Shown: one piece after another, positions 23,657 through 35,000 of the stretch
Numbering within the stretch: position 1 is the first letter of the stretch
Layout: each line of letters begins with the position of its first letter
Assembly: GCA_943788985.1 (NCBI GenBank)
Contig: CALSSJ010000005.1
Coordinates: 32,001-96,000, forward strand
Length of the DNA: 64,000 bases
Reading direction: 5' to 3'
Source of the DNA: an uncultured Lentisphaerales bacterium
Lineage (GTDB): Bacteria; Verrucomicrobiota; Lentisphaeria; JABSQK01; UBA12247
Program-made: the position numbers and the translations under genes
Notes under the pieces: model-generated
Database searches by the model: none
What the model was told of the DNA's origin: nothing
Seen by the model: the letters and a program-made list of their open reading frames with translations, nothing else

Positions 23657-25375
23657 ATGGCTCGTGATCTTTTAGAGCTCCTGGAGCAGCAGGGCGAACT
23701 CGACCCTGCAGAAGTAGACCAGATTAAGAAGCGGCAGCGTCGCGGAAATGTCAGCGTGCCGCAGGCCCTCATTGGTCACGGCAAACTCTCGCAGTCCATT
23801 ATTTACAAAGCGCTGGCGGATGCCAATAAGCTTCCGTTTGTCGAGCTGTCAAAGGGCGGTGTTACGGAGGAGGCGGTAAAAAAGGTGAGCGCAAAGGTCG
23901 CGTTTCACTACAAGATTATGCCCATTTCGATCGAAGGCGGCGTGCTTACTTTGGCGTTTAGCGAGCCGCCTGATGTGCGCCAGAGGGAGAACCTGAGGAT
24001 GCTGCTGAGCATGCGGATCCGGCCAGCGATCGCAGCACCTAACGATATCTCGCACTCTGCCAAAAAGCACTATGGCCTAGGCGCGGATACGGTGCTGGCT
24101 ATTCGCAGCGATCGCGCGACTTTCAGTCGGTTCGACGATGGCGGCTATGATCGCGATACTGCGCAGGACATCGAACTGGAAGAAGGCGATGCTTCGATCA
24201 CCAGCCTGGTCAATCAGATTCTGGCTGAAGCTCTCGAGATGAAGGCGACAGATGTGCATATCGAGCCCTTCGAAGATACCGTGCGACTGCGCTACCGGAT
24301 CGACGGATTTCTGCGTGAAATCGCGCTGCCACCGGGGTTGCGGGAGCTGCATGCGTCGATTATTTCGCGGATGAAAATCATGGCGGATCTTAACATCGCC
24401 GAGAAGCGCTTGCCTCACGACGGGCGAATTAAGCTGGTGATCGCCGAGAACGAGTTCGACCTTCGTGTTTCGATCCTACCGACGCGCTTTGGCGAGACGC
24501 TCAACCTTCGTATCCTGAACCGTGACAACATCTTCTTCGACTTGGAGCGCCTTGGCCTGGAGAAGGAGCAATACCAGCTACTCCTGAAGCTGCTGGATCT
24601 ACCCCATGGCATGATTCTGGTGACGGGCCCGACCGGCAGTGGGAAGACGACCACGCTGTATGCGTCGCTCGCAAAGACGGATAAGGACACTCGCAAAGTG
24701 ATCACGGTCGAAGATCCGGTGGAATACCAGTTGTATGGCATTAGTCAAATTCAGATCCACGAGAGTATTGGGCTAACGTTTGCGAGCTGTCTGCGCTCCA
24801 TCCTGCGGCATGACCCTGACATTGTGCTGGTGGGCGAGATGCGCGATAGCGAGACCGCCGAAATCGGGATCCGCGCGGCGCTGACGGGGCATTTGGTCCT
24901 TAGCACGCTGCATACAAATGACTCGGTGGGCGCGATTAATCGGTTGATCGACATGGGCGTCGAGCCGTTTCTGGTAGCATCCTCACTGTCCGCATCGTTG
25001 GCCCAGCGTCTGGTACGACGAATCTGCCCGTATTGTAAGGTCCCGCAGACGGACATCCCGGATGCAGTGGCGCTGGAGATGGGTGATGCGCTGGATTGTG
25101 ACGCTGATGACGTACAGGCTTGGATCGGAGAAGGCTGCAATGAATGCACTGGCATTGGCTACGTGGGCCGGGTCGCGATCTACGAGTTCTTCTTGATGGA
25201 CGAGGATCTGCGTGACATGGTGAGCCGCCACGCGAATACCAATGAGCTACGATCTGCTGGCATTCGCAGTGGGATGCACACGCTGCGGGATGACGGCTGG
25301 CGAAAAGTTGCCAAGGGCGACACCAGTATTGAAGAAGTGCAGCGGATCACGACCGCTGCTCAGCTGCGCTACTGA
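23657..25375 (+). CDS. GspE/PilB family secretion ATPase
   Basis: ATDVHIEP, IAEKRLPHDGR, GPTGSGKTT (Walker A), TVEDPVEY, LRHDPD, ALTGHLVLSTLHTND and a CPYC...CNEC zinc motif. Confidence 0.95.
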   Translation: MARDLLELLEQQGELDPAEVDQIKKRQRRGNVSVPQALIGHGKLSQSIIYKALADANKLPFVELSKGGVTEEAVKKVSAKVAFHYKIMPISIEGGVLTLAFSEPPDVRQRENLRMLLSMRIRPAIAAPNDISHSAKKHYGLGADTVLAIRSDRATFSRFDDGGYDRDTAQDIELEEGDASITSLVNQILAEALEMKATDVHIEPFEDTVRLRYRIDGFLREIALPPGLRELHASIISRMKIMADLNIAEKRLPHDGRIKLVIAENEFDLRVSILPTRFGETLNLRILNRDNIFFDLERLGLEKEQYQLLLKLLDLPHGMILVTGPTGSGKTTTLYASLAKTDKDTRKVITVEDPVEYQLYGISQIQIHESIGLTFASCLRSILRHDPDIVLVGEMRDSETAEIGIRAALTGHLVLSTLHTNDSVGAINRLIDMGVEPFLVASSLSASLAQRLVRRICPYCKVPQTDIPDAVALEMGDALDCDADDVQAWIGEGCNECTGIGYVGRVAIYEFFLMDEDLRDMVSRHANTNELRSAGIRSGMHTLRDDGWRKVAKGDTSIEEVQRITTAAQLRY

Positions 25376-25378
25376 CAC

Positions 25379-25430
25379 AAAAAAGCCGGTACCCAAGCCG
25401 CTCAGAGAGCGATTCAGATACCGGCTTTTT
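25379..25430. terminator. Probable bidirectional intrinsic terminator
   Basis: aaaaagccggta ... taccggcttttt inverted repeat between convergent genes. Confidence 0.75.
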
Positions 25431-25446
25431 GAGCAGCGTGGTGCTG

Positions 25447-25806
25447 CTATCTGCAGGAACTCACCCAGGTCCAGCATCCGGGACGAACGATTGTACGCAC
25501 GGAGCAGCCGGTGTAGCTGCGACGGTAGCCGTAGACCGGAGCGGTCCACTGCCAGCGCCCGGCTGATGCCGAGTAGTAGCTGTAGCTGTGGCTCTGGCGT
25601 GGGGAGCTATAGCTGTAGCTGTGGCGGGGGGAGCTGTAGCTGTGTGACCGATGCGAACGATGCCGATCGTAGCCAGACGAGTGATGGCTGTTTCCGCGAT
25701 ACGAGTCGTATCGCGAACGGCTGTCGCAGGATCGGTCTCCGGCGTGAGCAGCGGCGGTGGACAGAATCAGGGCGAAAAGCAGGACGAGTTGGGTGGAAAC
25801 CTTCAT
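25447..25806 (-). CDS. Small exported Ser/Tyr/Arg/His-rich protein
   Basis: Signal peptide ending AHA, HSYSYSSPR-type repeats and a Trp-rich C-terminus. Confidence 0.7.
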   Translation of the reverse strand: MKVSTQLVLLFALILSTAAAHAGDRSCDSRSRYDSYRGNSHHSSGYDRHRSHRSHSYSSPRHSYSYSSPRQSHSYSYYSASAGRWQWTAPVYGYRRSYTGCSVRTIVRPGCWTWVSSCR

Positions 25807-25946
25807 GGCGGATTCTCGTTTGTTGTGGGTGCGTGTCAACACCCTCCGACGGCCCGTCATCGCACTTTATTCAACGTTTTTGGCGCTTTGCTCCCTTCGC
25901 TGCGCTCGGGCTCTGCCTGCGGCGGTGCGAACTTCGCAAATTTCGG

Positions 25947-26740
25947 TCAGAAATCGAGACGCAGCCCGACGCGGGCCGTGCGGCCGGGAACTGTGTAGCC
26001 ATTTACTTCCCGATAGTCGACATCGCCGATGTTCTCGACGCGGCCAAAGAGGGACAGATTTTCGCGAATCGGCAGTGAGCCGGCGAGGTCCACGCGCGCG
26101 TACGAATCTAGGGTGGTGGTGTTTGCCCGGTCGTTGAACCGCGGCCCGACGTACTGCACGGTGGCGTTGAGGTGAGCACCACTTTCCCAGAGGTAGGTGG
26201 CGCCGAGTTTCGCACTACGTTTTGCCCAGCGAGCCAGCTTTTTGCCGGTCGAGCGAACGACAAGATCCTGCCAGGTGGCATCGGCGTGAAGGGTCAGGGC
26301 CGTGCTGAGCCGAAGCTCCGTGGCTAGCTCAATACCTTGCAGGCGAGCCTCCGGAATATTCTCGGGGGCCCAAAATGAGAATGGATCAGTGGGGTCGACT
26401 GGGCGCCATTCGATAAAGTCCTCAACTTCAGAATGTAAGTACGTGGCACTTACCTCGAGCTCGTCCCTCAAGAGATTCTGGCTGACGCCTGCGTCCCAGC
26501 CGTGGTGCTTTCTGGTCTACGATTCGGGTTGCCGCCGAATGGTTGGTAGAGGTCGTTGAAGTTTGGTGCTTTGAAGCCGGTGCCTATTGCACCACGAAAG
26601 GTAGTGGCGGCTGCGTCGCAGGTGCGGGTGCCGGCAAGCCGCTAGGTTGTGATGCCCGCGTGGTGCGAGCCCCAATGGGATTGGGCAAAGATTGCGCGGC
26701 GATCGCAATGAGGATGAATCGTGGATTCGTAGCTTCGCGC
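25947..26740 (-). pseudogene. Truncated TonB-dependent receptor (BtuB-like), C-terminal barrel strands only
   Basis: GTGFKAPNFNDLY...GGNPN in a broken frame, then LFGRVENI.D..Y.EV.GY..PGR ending in Phe. Plug domain and most of the barrel are absent. Confidence 0.75.
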
Positions 26741-26839
26741 CTATGAGGATAGACCACGCTTCTGAGCCCAGCTGATGCTCGGCTCACGTCGAGATAGCTT
26801 TTAGGGCTAAGCAACTCAGGCGCGAAGTGGATTGTATGT

Positions 26840-26925
26840 CAAGGTTTTTGACTCACGAGCTTTTGCTTGTTTACAGTGGTGCGACCGCTCCGAATTCTCA
26901 CCGGATTCCGTTGACGTGCAGATGA
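26840..26925 (-). ncRNA. Cobalamin riboswitch (short, possibly degenerate)
   Basis: Minus strand reads aacGGAAtccGGTGagAAttcggagCGGtcgcacCACTGTaa...GAGTCA..aACC, upstream of the BtuB-like remnant. Confidence 0.75.
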
Positions 26926-27015
26926 TCCCCCGCGGTGTCGCGAGCCTTTCGCAAGGCGGATCCTAGGATTAGTTATCCGCCGGTGGCGGCCGCCGCGAGT
27001 CAGGCTCCAGAGGGG

Positions 27016-28788
27016 CTATTGGTTGATTTTAATCCTCAACCTATCTGCTTCTTTCAGATCTCCGCCGAGGCGAATAAACTGCTGGAGCGAATTGTTTGCC
27101 GATTCCAAGTCCCGGAGCTGCCAGTGGGCCTTTGCTTCCCAGTAGTAAGAGCGCGGATCTTCGCGTTGAACGCGGGCGCCCTCGCGGGCCCAATCAAGGC
27201 AAAGCTGATAGTCTCCGCCATCATAGGCCGCTTCCGCCTGAATGAGAAGTGCCCGGATGTAGTCGGAGTCCTGCTCAAGAATCAGCGCTGCAACCCGAGT
27301 GCGCAGGAGTTGATTCTCCATGACCAGCGGGAGAAGCAGTTTGAATGCGTGCGTGCGATCAGCCCCATCCTTTACTTGACGGGCCTGAAGAGACAGGATC
27401 TGCTCAGTCAGCCAGGAGATCGGTTGTGTGGCTCCGGGTGATTCAATAGGCTTCCACATGCTATATTTTGTGGCTATTTCTAGCCCTCGCTGCGGATTGC
27501 CTGCCAAGGCGTGGGCTTCGGTCGCGATTAGCATCGCCGGTCGATAGCTGGGGTGTGATTCAAGTACCTGATCAATTGAGCGAACGGCGCGGGGAAAGTC
27601 TTCGACAATCATGGCCTGATCGGCGTCGGCCATGAGTTGCTGTGTCTTCCAGCCGGAATGACCGGCCACTCCCCCGACTACGAGGGCCATGCCAAGGGCG
27701 GCCACGATAAGGACGGAGAGCACGAGCTGAAATACCCCCAGGGCGAGGCGGAATGTTCCTCGGCTATTGTCGGTATGTTGGTGTCTGAGGTGCTGGAAAA
27801 CGTGCAGGGGGAGGTGGCCCCAGCGGGCGACGGGAAGAATGACTAGGTACCAATACAGCTTGGTCTCGAGTAGGAGCATTGCCACAAAGGCCAGGCCCGT
27901 GGCCCCAGCGGCAATGAGAGACTGTGGCGCGGCGATGACAGCCGGAATGGCAAGCATGAGGAACACATAGGGGCCAGCCCCGGAAATCATGCCGATGAAA
28001 CACACGGCGGCTGCCAGAATCAGCCAGGTGGAAGCGCCGCCGAATAGTAGCGCCACGGCGACTATCAGGCCGAGCAATATCCCTTTCAGGCCACGTACGA
28101 GACAGTACATGCTGAGCAGGTTGAATACGCCAGGATCAACCGGTGTTGCCTCCCCGGCTTCGCCGCTTGACGAGGGAGGTGGGATGGTCACGACAGTTTC
28201 GGTGGCGCGGCTGTGCCCATAGGTGTGGAGCAGTTGCATGGCAAAGAGGAAGATCGAAAATTGGAACAGGAGAAAGAAGCGGTGTTGGTTAGAAATGTGC
28301 GCCTGCTCCGCAAAGCGATTAGGCAGCTCTGCGGTGACTGAACCGTAGGAATCGGTGTCGCTTTCGAGGATGCCATCAAGCTTGCCACGGATGCTGTCAG
28401 GTTTTCCCTTCACCTCTTCTTCCTCGTCATCGTCCCCGAGCACGGTATTGGCCAGGTTGGCGGTTCCTTGGAGCGTCCGTTGTCCCAGATCGGTAACCTG
28501 CCCGACGTAGACTGCGGCACTGTGGTGAAAAGATGGATAGGCAATGAAAACCAGCCCAGTGGTGGCGAGAATGGTGGTCAGGTAGACAGCAATGGCTGCC
28601 GAGCAGCGTCCCCGGCGAGGTGTCAAGCGCTGGGCGAGGGGGAGGGTGCAAGCACTGCAGACGACGGCTAGGAGAAATAATGGCAGGGAGGCAAGCGGCT
28701 TAAGCAGCGCTCCGACTGCTACCAGCCCGAAACTCACGGTAACCACAACCCAGTTGGTCTTTTCTCCTCCGGCTTCTTCGTCACTCAT
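27016..28788 (-). CDS. AI-2E (PerM-like) family membrane protein with C-terminal TPR region
   Basis: Multi-TM layout resembling AI-2E transporters, followed by helical TPR-like repeats (YYWEAKAHWQL..LESA). Confidence 0.6.
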   Translation of the reverse strand: MSDEEAGGEKTNWVVVTVSFGLVAVGALLKPLASLPLFLLAVVCSACTLPLAQRLTPRRGRCSAAIAVYLTTILATTGLVFIAYPSFHHSAAVYVGQVTDLGQRTLQGTANLANTVLGDDDEEEEVKGKPDSIRGKLDGILESDTDSYGSVTAELPNRFAEQAHISNQHRFFLLFQFSIFLFAMQLLHTYGHSRATETVVTIPPPSSSGEAGEATPVDPGVFNLLSMYCLVRGLKGILLGLIVAVALLFGGASTWLILAAAVCFIGMISGAGPYVFLMLAIPAVIAAPQSLIAAGATGLAFVAMLLLETKLYWYLVILPVARWGHLPLHVFQHLRHQHTDNSRGTFRLALGVFQLVLSVLIVAALGMALVVGGVAGHSGWKTQQLMADADQAMIVEDFPRAVRSIDQVLESHPSYRPAMLIATEAHALAGNPQRGLEIATKYSMWKPIESPGATQPISWLTEQILSLQARQVKDGADRTHAFKLLLPLVMENQLLRTRVAALILEQDSDYIRALLIQAEAAYDGGDYQLCLDWAREGARVQREDPRSYYWEAKAHWQLRDLESANNSLQQFIRLGGDLKEADRLRIKINQ

Positions 28789-29097
28789 ACCAACCCCGCT
28801 CGCTGAATGTTTATCCGCAGGCTGCTAAAGTAGATTCAACATCGTGCCGCGTCCATTGCTAGGATCCGGACGGGCGATGATAGCACCGTTTAGATCAACT
28901 CATCCTCAGCTGGCCACGCCTCGCAGGCGCACGCGAACACTAAAAGCCGCCGGCGCTGTTTCCGCGTCTGCGCATTGATGGATAAGCACGGGGCGGTACT
29001 GTCTGTATGACTTACGTATGTTCATACGAAGTCCCTCGCGTGGTGCCGCGGCTTCGCGCGACCGTTTTTGTGTCTGGATTTTAAGATGGTGATTAAT

Positions 29098-32000
29098 ATG
29101 TTTCGATTTATTCGACCGTTGCTGGTGATGCTCGCCGCCGGCTCCCTATCGGCTCAACAAGCTGATTTGAGTCTGGGCAGTACGTCTTTGTTGGGGGCGG
29201 CTAGTGGAGACAATCTTGGGGCTGATGGTGCTGTGGCGGTGGGAGATTTTAACGGGGACGGTGCTGTCGATTTGGCAATCGCCAGTCCGGGTGCGGATGC
29301 ACCGGGAGGTACTCGGCCGGACGCTGGTTCCGTGGCCATCGTGTTTGGTGGCGCCGCGTTCCCAGCTGTGACCGATTTAGCCGGAACGTTTGGCGCGGTT
29401 GCCGACGTGTTGATTTACGGTGCTGGGGCGTTTGATCGTCTCGGTAGCGATGGTGGGTTGCTGTTTGCAGATTTGAATGGCGATGGGCGCGATGAGTTGG
29501 TGATCACAGCGTCGGAAGCAGATGGGCCTGGGAACGGGCGTCCTGGCTGTGGCGAGGTGTACATCATCGCTGGCCAGGTCGCTCCCCCTGTAACGATCGA
29601 TCTGGCGGTGGATCCACAAGTTACCACGGTCTATGGTGCTGAGCCGGATGACCGCATCGGCATTCATGGCGCTTTAGCGGCAGGCGACTGGAACGATCAG
29701 GGGCCGGTGGATCTGGCGATTGGCGCTTACCTGGCGGATGGGCCCGGTAACAGCAGGAATGCTGCTGGCGAGGTGTATATCCTGTTCGGACGCGTTGCCT
29801 TTGACTGGCCAGCATCGCTGGATTTGGCGACGCAGGCAAGCATGAGAATTGCCGGCCATCGGGCGGGAGATTCGCTGAGCCGTGATGGGGCGCTTGTCAG
29901 TGGCGACTTGAATCATGACGGTGTCGCGGATCTCGTCGTCGGGGCGGAACACGCCGATGGACCTGATGAGCGTCGCCAACAGGCCGGCCATGTGTATGTC
30001 CTCTATGGAAGTGCGAGCTGGGGCGGACTCTACGATTTGGCAGCGACACCCGCCGATGTGACCATTCATGGGGCCAATGCAGGCGATAATCTATCAGACG
30101 GTAACGCAATTTTAGTCGGCGATTTTGACGGCGATGGTGTGGGCCCAGATAGCGGGCATGATCTGATTATCGGTGCCTCTTTTTCGGACGGCCTGTGGGA
30201 GGGCCGCAGTGATTCTGGAGCAATCTTCTTCCTACGGGGAGGAAGCCTAGCACCTGTGATCGACTTAGATTTGAACCAGGCCGATGTGGTGATTTACGGT
30301 GCCGACGCTGGCGACCGTCTGAGCGGCGATGGGAGCATGCTGCTGGCAGATTTTGATGGCGACGGCATTCTTGATTTGGCGATGGCTGCAATTTTTGGCG
30401 ATGGTCCCGGTGAGGACCGCCCCGAGGCTGGCGAAGCATACGTAATTCGTGGTGGCCCAGGCTTGCCCTGGCTCCTCGATTTGGCGGTTGGTGATGCGGA
30501 CTCCGTGGTCTACGGGGCGGATGCCGGTGACTTTGTCGGGCGTGGAAACGGGATCGGCGCTGGCGACTTCAATAATGACGGTTTTGCAGATTTGATTTTG
30601 GTGGGTTTTGGTGCGGATGGCCCCGGCGAGTTGCGTGACTCTGCGGGTGAGGCCTATATCCTTCGCGGCAATGTCCTGTTGCCGCCAGCACGGGACCTGC
30701 GCCGGCACGAAGAGGATTTTATCGTCTACGGCGCTTCGGCTGGGGATACGCTGGGGATCGATGGTAGCGTCATCGCCGGTGACTTTAACGGGGACGACTT
30801 TGATGACTTGCTCATAGGGGCCCCGTTTGCTGATGGACCGGGCGGAAGAAGCGGCTCCGGGCAGGCTGGCCTGATTTCCGGCTCGGAGTTTCCGCCGGCA
30901 ATCAAAGTGACAAACGGGCCGCTGCCGACCGAAGTACGAATCGGTGAAACCCACACGTTCTCCTTTGATATCTTTTCGAAGGATGGGCAGCTTGCAGATT
31001 TCGTAATCACCGACCTGATTCCTGACGGCTTTCAGTTTGTGCCGGGCACCTTTGCCATCTCCACGAGCAATGCTGGCATATCCATTGATTACGTGGATGA
31101 AGCCACGAACCTCACAGATGCCCCGGGGCTTTTGACAATCGAAGTTGGAATTAATAATACCGCAGATGGCGACTTTACAAACGACCTGTTTGCGATCTCG
31201 TTTGACGTGCTGATTGCCAATGATGCGGTGAACCAGAACGAAGACGTGCGGAGCAATGTGATTAACGCGCACAACGGTCTGTTCGCCGCATTCGTCGCTC
31301 ACGATATTACGATTATCGAGCCAGTGCTACAGATTCTGAAATCGGTCATTGAACCCGATCCGCTGTCCGATCTTGACGCTGGCGACCCGTTGACCTATGA
31401 ATTGACGATCCAACATGCGCCGGCGAGCCTGTCGAACGCGTATGAGGTCCAAGTAGATGACGTCCTAGTGAACGCCACCGATGTCATGCTGGTCACGCAG
31501 ATTCGTTCGGTCACGAACAATGGCGCCGCGATTATTCTGGACTTTGGGATCGGCGGCAACCAGCAGAGCATCAACGGTCTGTTCGATCTCCCCTTGGATG
31601 CGAGCATTGTCCTCGTGTACGACGCGGTAATCCAAAATTCGGTAGCTCCTGGTCAAGCGATTCCCAATGCCGCCCACATGACTTGGTCTAGCCTGGCTGG
31701 CTTTCAGCCAAATGAGCGTACTGGGACAATGGTCGGTGCCAATGACCACGTGGCCAGTGCCCAGGTATACCTTGAAATCACGGACCGGCCGCACGTGGAC
31801 CATTTGTTTGCGCCGGCGTCCTTGACCATCGGCGAAGTGGGGCGCATGCAGCTTCGGATAGATCTCATTGAGGGGATCACGGCCAATACGGTGGTCACGA
31901 ACGACCTGCCTACTGGGTTTGCATACCTGCCGGACAGCGTGGATGTCACGGTTCCGGGACCGCCGCAACTCGAGCAGACTGTGGTAAGCATTAATGGTAC

Positions 32001-35000
32001 TGAATTAACGATCGACCTCGGCACCGTCACTAACGTTTCCGACAACGATTCCAGCAATGACTACCTGCTAGTGGATTTCGACATTCAGGTACTGAACCAC
32101 CCGTCGAACGAGAATGGTGCCCAGCGGTCGAACATTGCGCGCGTGGCCAGCGGCGGATTGCTCAATGAGCAGATTCAGGACATCAAAATCCTTGAGCCAT
32201 TGCTGGATGTCACTGGCGAAATTCTATTTCCAAAACCAGCTGCAGATGTGGATGCGGGTGACTTGATTCAGTATCGTGTTGTGATCGAGCATACTGCGGA
32301 TAGCAGTTCCGATGCCTTCGATGTCTCCTTTGCAAGCCTATTGAATGCGGCGGGGCCGGAACTGACCGTCGAGACGGTGCAAAGTTTTACGGCGAGTGCG
32401 GGCGTCATTATTCTCGCTCCACTCAGCGTCGCCGTCGATGACACGAGCCTTTCGGCATCCTTTGACCTGCCGCTTGGTGAATCTGTAGAAGTGATCTTTG
32501 ATGTGTTGGTTTCTGGCGTGATCGCACCCGGGCAGTCGCTGCTGAATGAGGCGACTGCAGATTGGGTTTCCTTGAAAGATAGCCCGCCGCAGTCCCGCGA
32601 TGGCAGCGATGGGGTTGGGGGCTTGAACGACTATGTGGCAATGGCAACCCCGACGATCAACGTAGAGCCGCTTATGCAGCCCGTCGTACAGGCTGCGCCA
32701 GGCACGTTGCGCATTGGTGAAACCGGCCATTTTTACGTGCGGGTCTGGCTCATTGAGGGGCCCACCGATCCGCTGGTCGTCACGCATCAGTTCACTGACC
32801 AGACCTTTGTGCCGGGGACTCTTAGCATCGCTTACGGAACTTCCGGGATTGTCTCAGACTATCAGAATGAGCAAACAAGTGCAAGCAGCGCAACAAACAG
32901 CCTCTCCGTATTGTTCGGTCGTGTGGTGAACCCACCCGATAACGACCCGTCCAACGACTACATTGACCTTGAGTACGATGCTGTTCTTGATAATGCTCCC
33001 GGAAACCAGAACGGTGTGGACCGAATCAGTACCATTATTGCGACAGATACCGTAATCCAGCAGCAGGCTGACACCACAGTGCGGGTGCTTGAGCCCGTCC
33101 TGGAACTTGCTGCGATCGTGACCCCAGATCCCGGCACTGTCGATGCCGGTGACGTGATTACCTTCCAGGCCACCATCTCCCATACAGTCGGCAGCGGATC
33201 TGATGCCCACGAGGTCGTGTTAGCCGCGAATGTCGACACCCGCATCGGTCGCATGGCCGTGACGAACATTGTCAATACAATCGTTACAGGCGGAGCCACA
33301 GTCACCGTGCCCACAGACATTGATCTCGATACTTACGGCCTGACTGGGCTCTATGAAATTCCCGTGGGGGGGGCGATTGAAGTGACCTTTCAGGCGGTTG
33401 TCAACGAAAACGTAAAGCCAGCGGATCTGCTGACTTCCTCCAGTGTCGCCACTTGGACGTCCTTGCCTGGCACCGTCACTGGTGAGCGTACCGGTGATGA
33501 CTCTGGCGGCGTGGATGATCATTTCCTCGAGGCGTCGATTGTCACGCCCGTTCGCGATGAATTGAATGCGGAGTTCGCAAGTATCCCGGATGGGATTTCG
33601 ATCGGCGAGGTGGTGACGATCGAAACTTCCGCACTTCCTATTGAGGGGGTAATCCCGAACGGCAGCGTCGAGATCGACATCCCGGACGGCCTCACCTTCC
33701 AGCCTGGAAGTATTACGGTGACTCCTGCATTTGCTGCTCCGATAGTGCCATTTGACGAAGGAACTGTTGGGATCAATGGGAATACGCTCACCATCCCACT
33801 GGGTCCACTCTTCAACCCGGGAGATAACAACGTTGCCAATGATCGGATCACGATCGGCTTGGATGTCGTCGCTGTGAATCTCCCGGCTAACCAGGACGGC
33901 CGCGCCTTGACCGTCGCCGCCCGGACTTTCTTGGACGGAGCCTTGCGCGGCCAGTTGAGCCACGATATTCTGGTGACAGAGCCCGAGCTTGAGGCAGTGA
34001 TTCAGACCATCGGAGCGCCCGATGCCCCGGACGCTGCGGATATAATCGGCTACGAAGTGATCGTCCGCCATGCCACATCGAGTACAGCGGCTGCATTTGA
34101 TGCAGACCTTCTAGTCACAGTGGATCCAACGCTCGGTCGCCTGGTTGCCACTCAAATCACATCCATCACACCCGAGGGCGATGCCACGATTGACACGCAG
34201 CCTGTGATTGGCGGCAGCGGAAGCATTCTGCAGGGATCCTTCGATATCCCATTGGGTGGCCAGATCGCTATTCGCTACGATGCCGTGATCCAGCAGTCCG
34301 TAGCCCGTGCCGACGCCCTGCAGACCGATGCTGCGTTAGATTGGTCGTCGCTCAACAGTGCACCACCCGGCGAAAGAACTGGCGACGACGGGGAAGTCGG
34401 TCTTAACGATTACGTCTCTTCATCGCAGCACATCCTGACAGCTTCAGGCCTGCCGCGTATCGACCACATTAACCCGCCGCTGACCGGACTGGTGGGGCAG
34501 ATTCTGCACTACGAGCTGCGCATTGATGTGATGGAAGGTAACACGCCGGCGGTTGAACTGCGCAACATCTTACCGACCGCACTGGCCTTTCAGCCCGGCA
34601 GTCTTGAAGTTCAAACCGGCTCGCTTGGCCTGCTGACTGGTTATGTGGACGAGGCTCAGCACCTGAGCCTGACAGGACAGGATCTCTTTGTGAATCTCGG
34701 GAATGTGTCCAATAATGCGGACAACAATCCCAACAATGATTTCATTACGGTTGAGTGGGATGTCATTGTTCTGAATAACATCTTCAATGATGACGGCACA
34801 GAGAAAACGAACATCGCCGCTGCGCACGTCGAAACGGTGCTGATCGACGTGGATGAGTTCGAGAATCTGGTGATTATTGAGCCGGATCTTACCCTGACTC
34901 ATACCAAGCTCAGCCCAGCGTCAAACATAAAGCTTAACAACGGCACAGCGGTGACCTATGAGCTAGAGATCAAACACACCGCAGACAGTAAGAACTCTGC

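Noticed and set aside
25888..25925. REP-like hairpin cccttcgctgcgctcggg
   Set aside because: Single copy in the window with a weak stem; not enough to call a repeat family.
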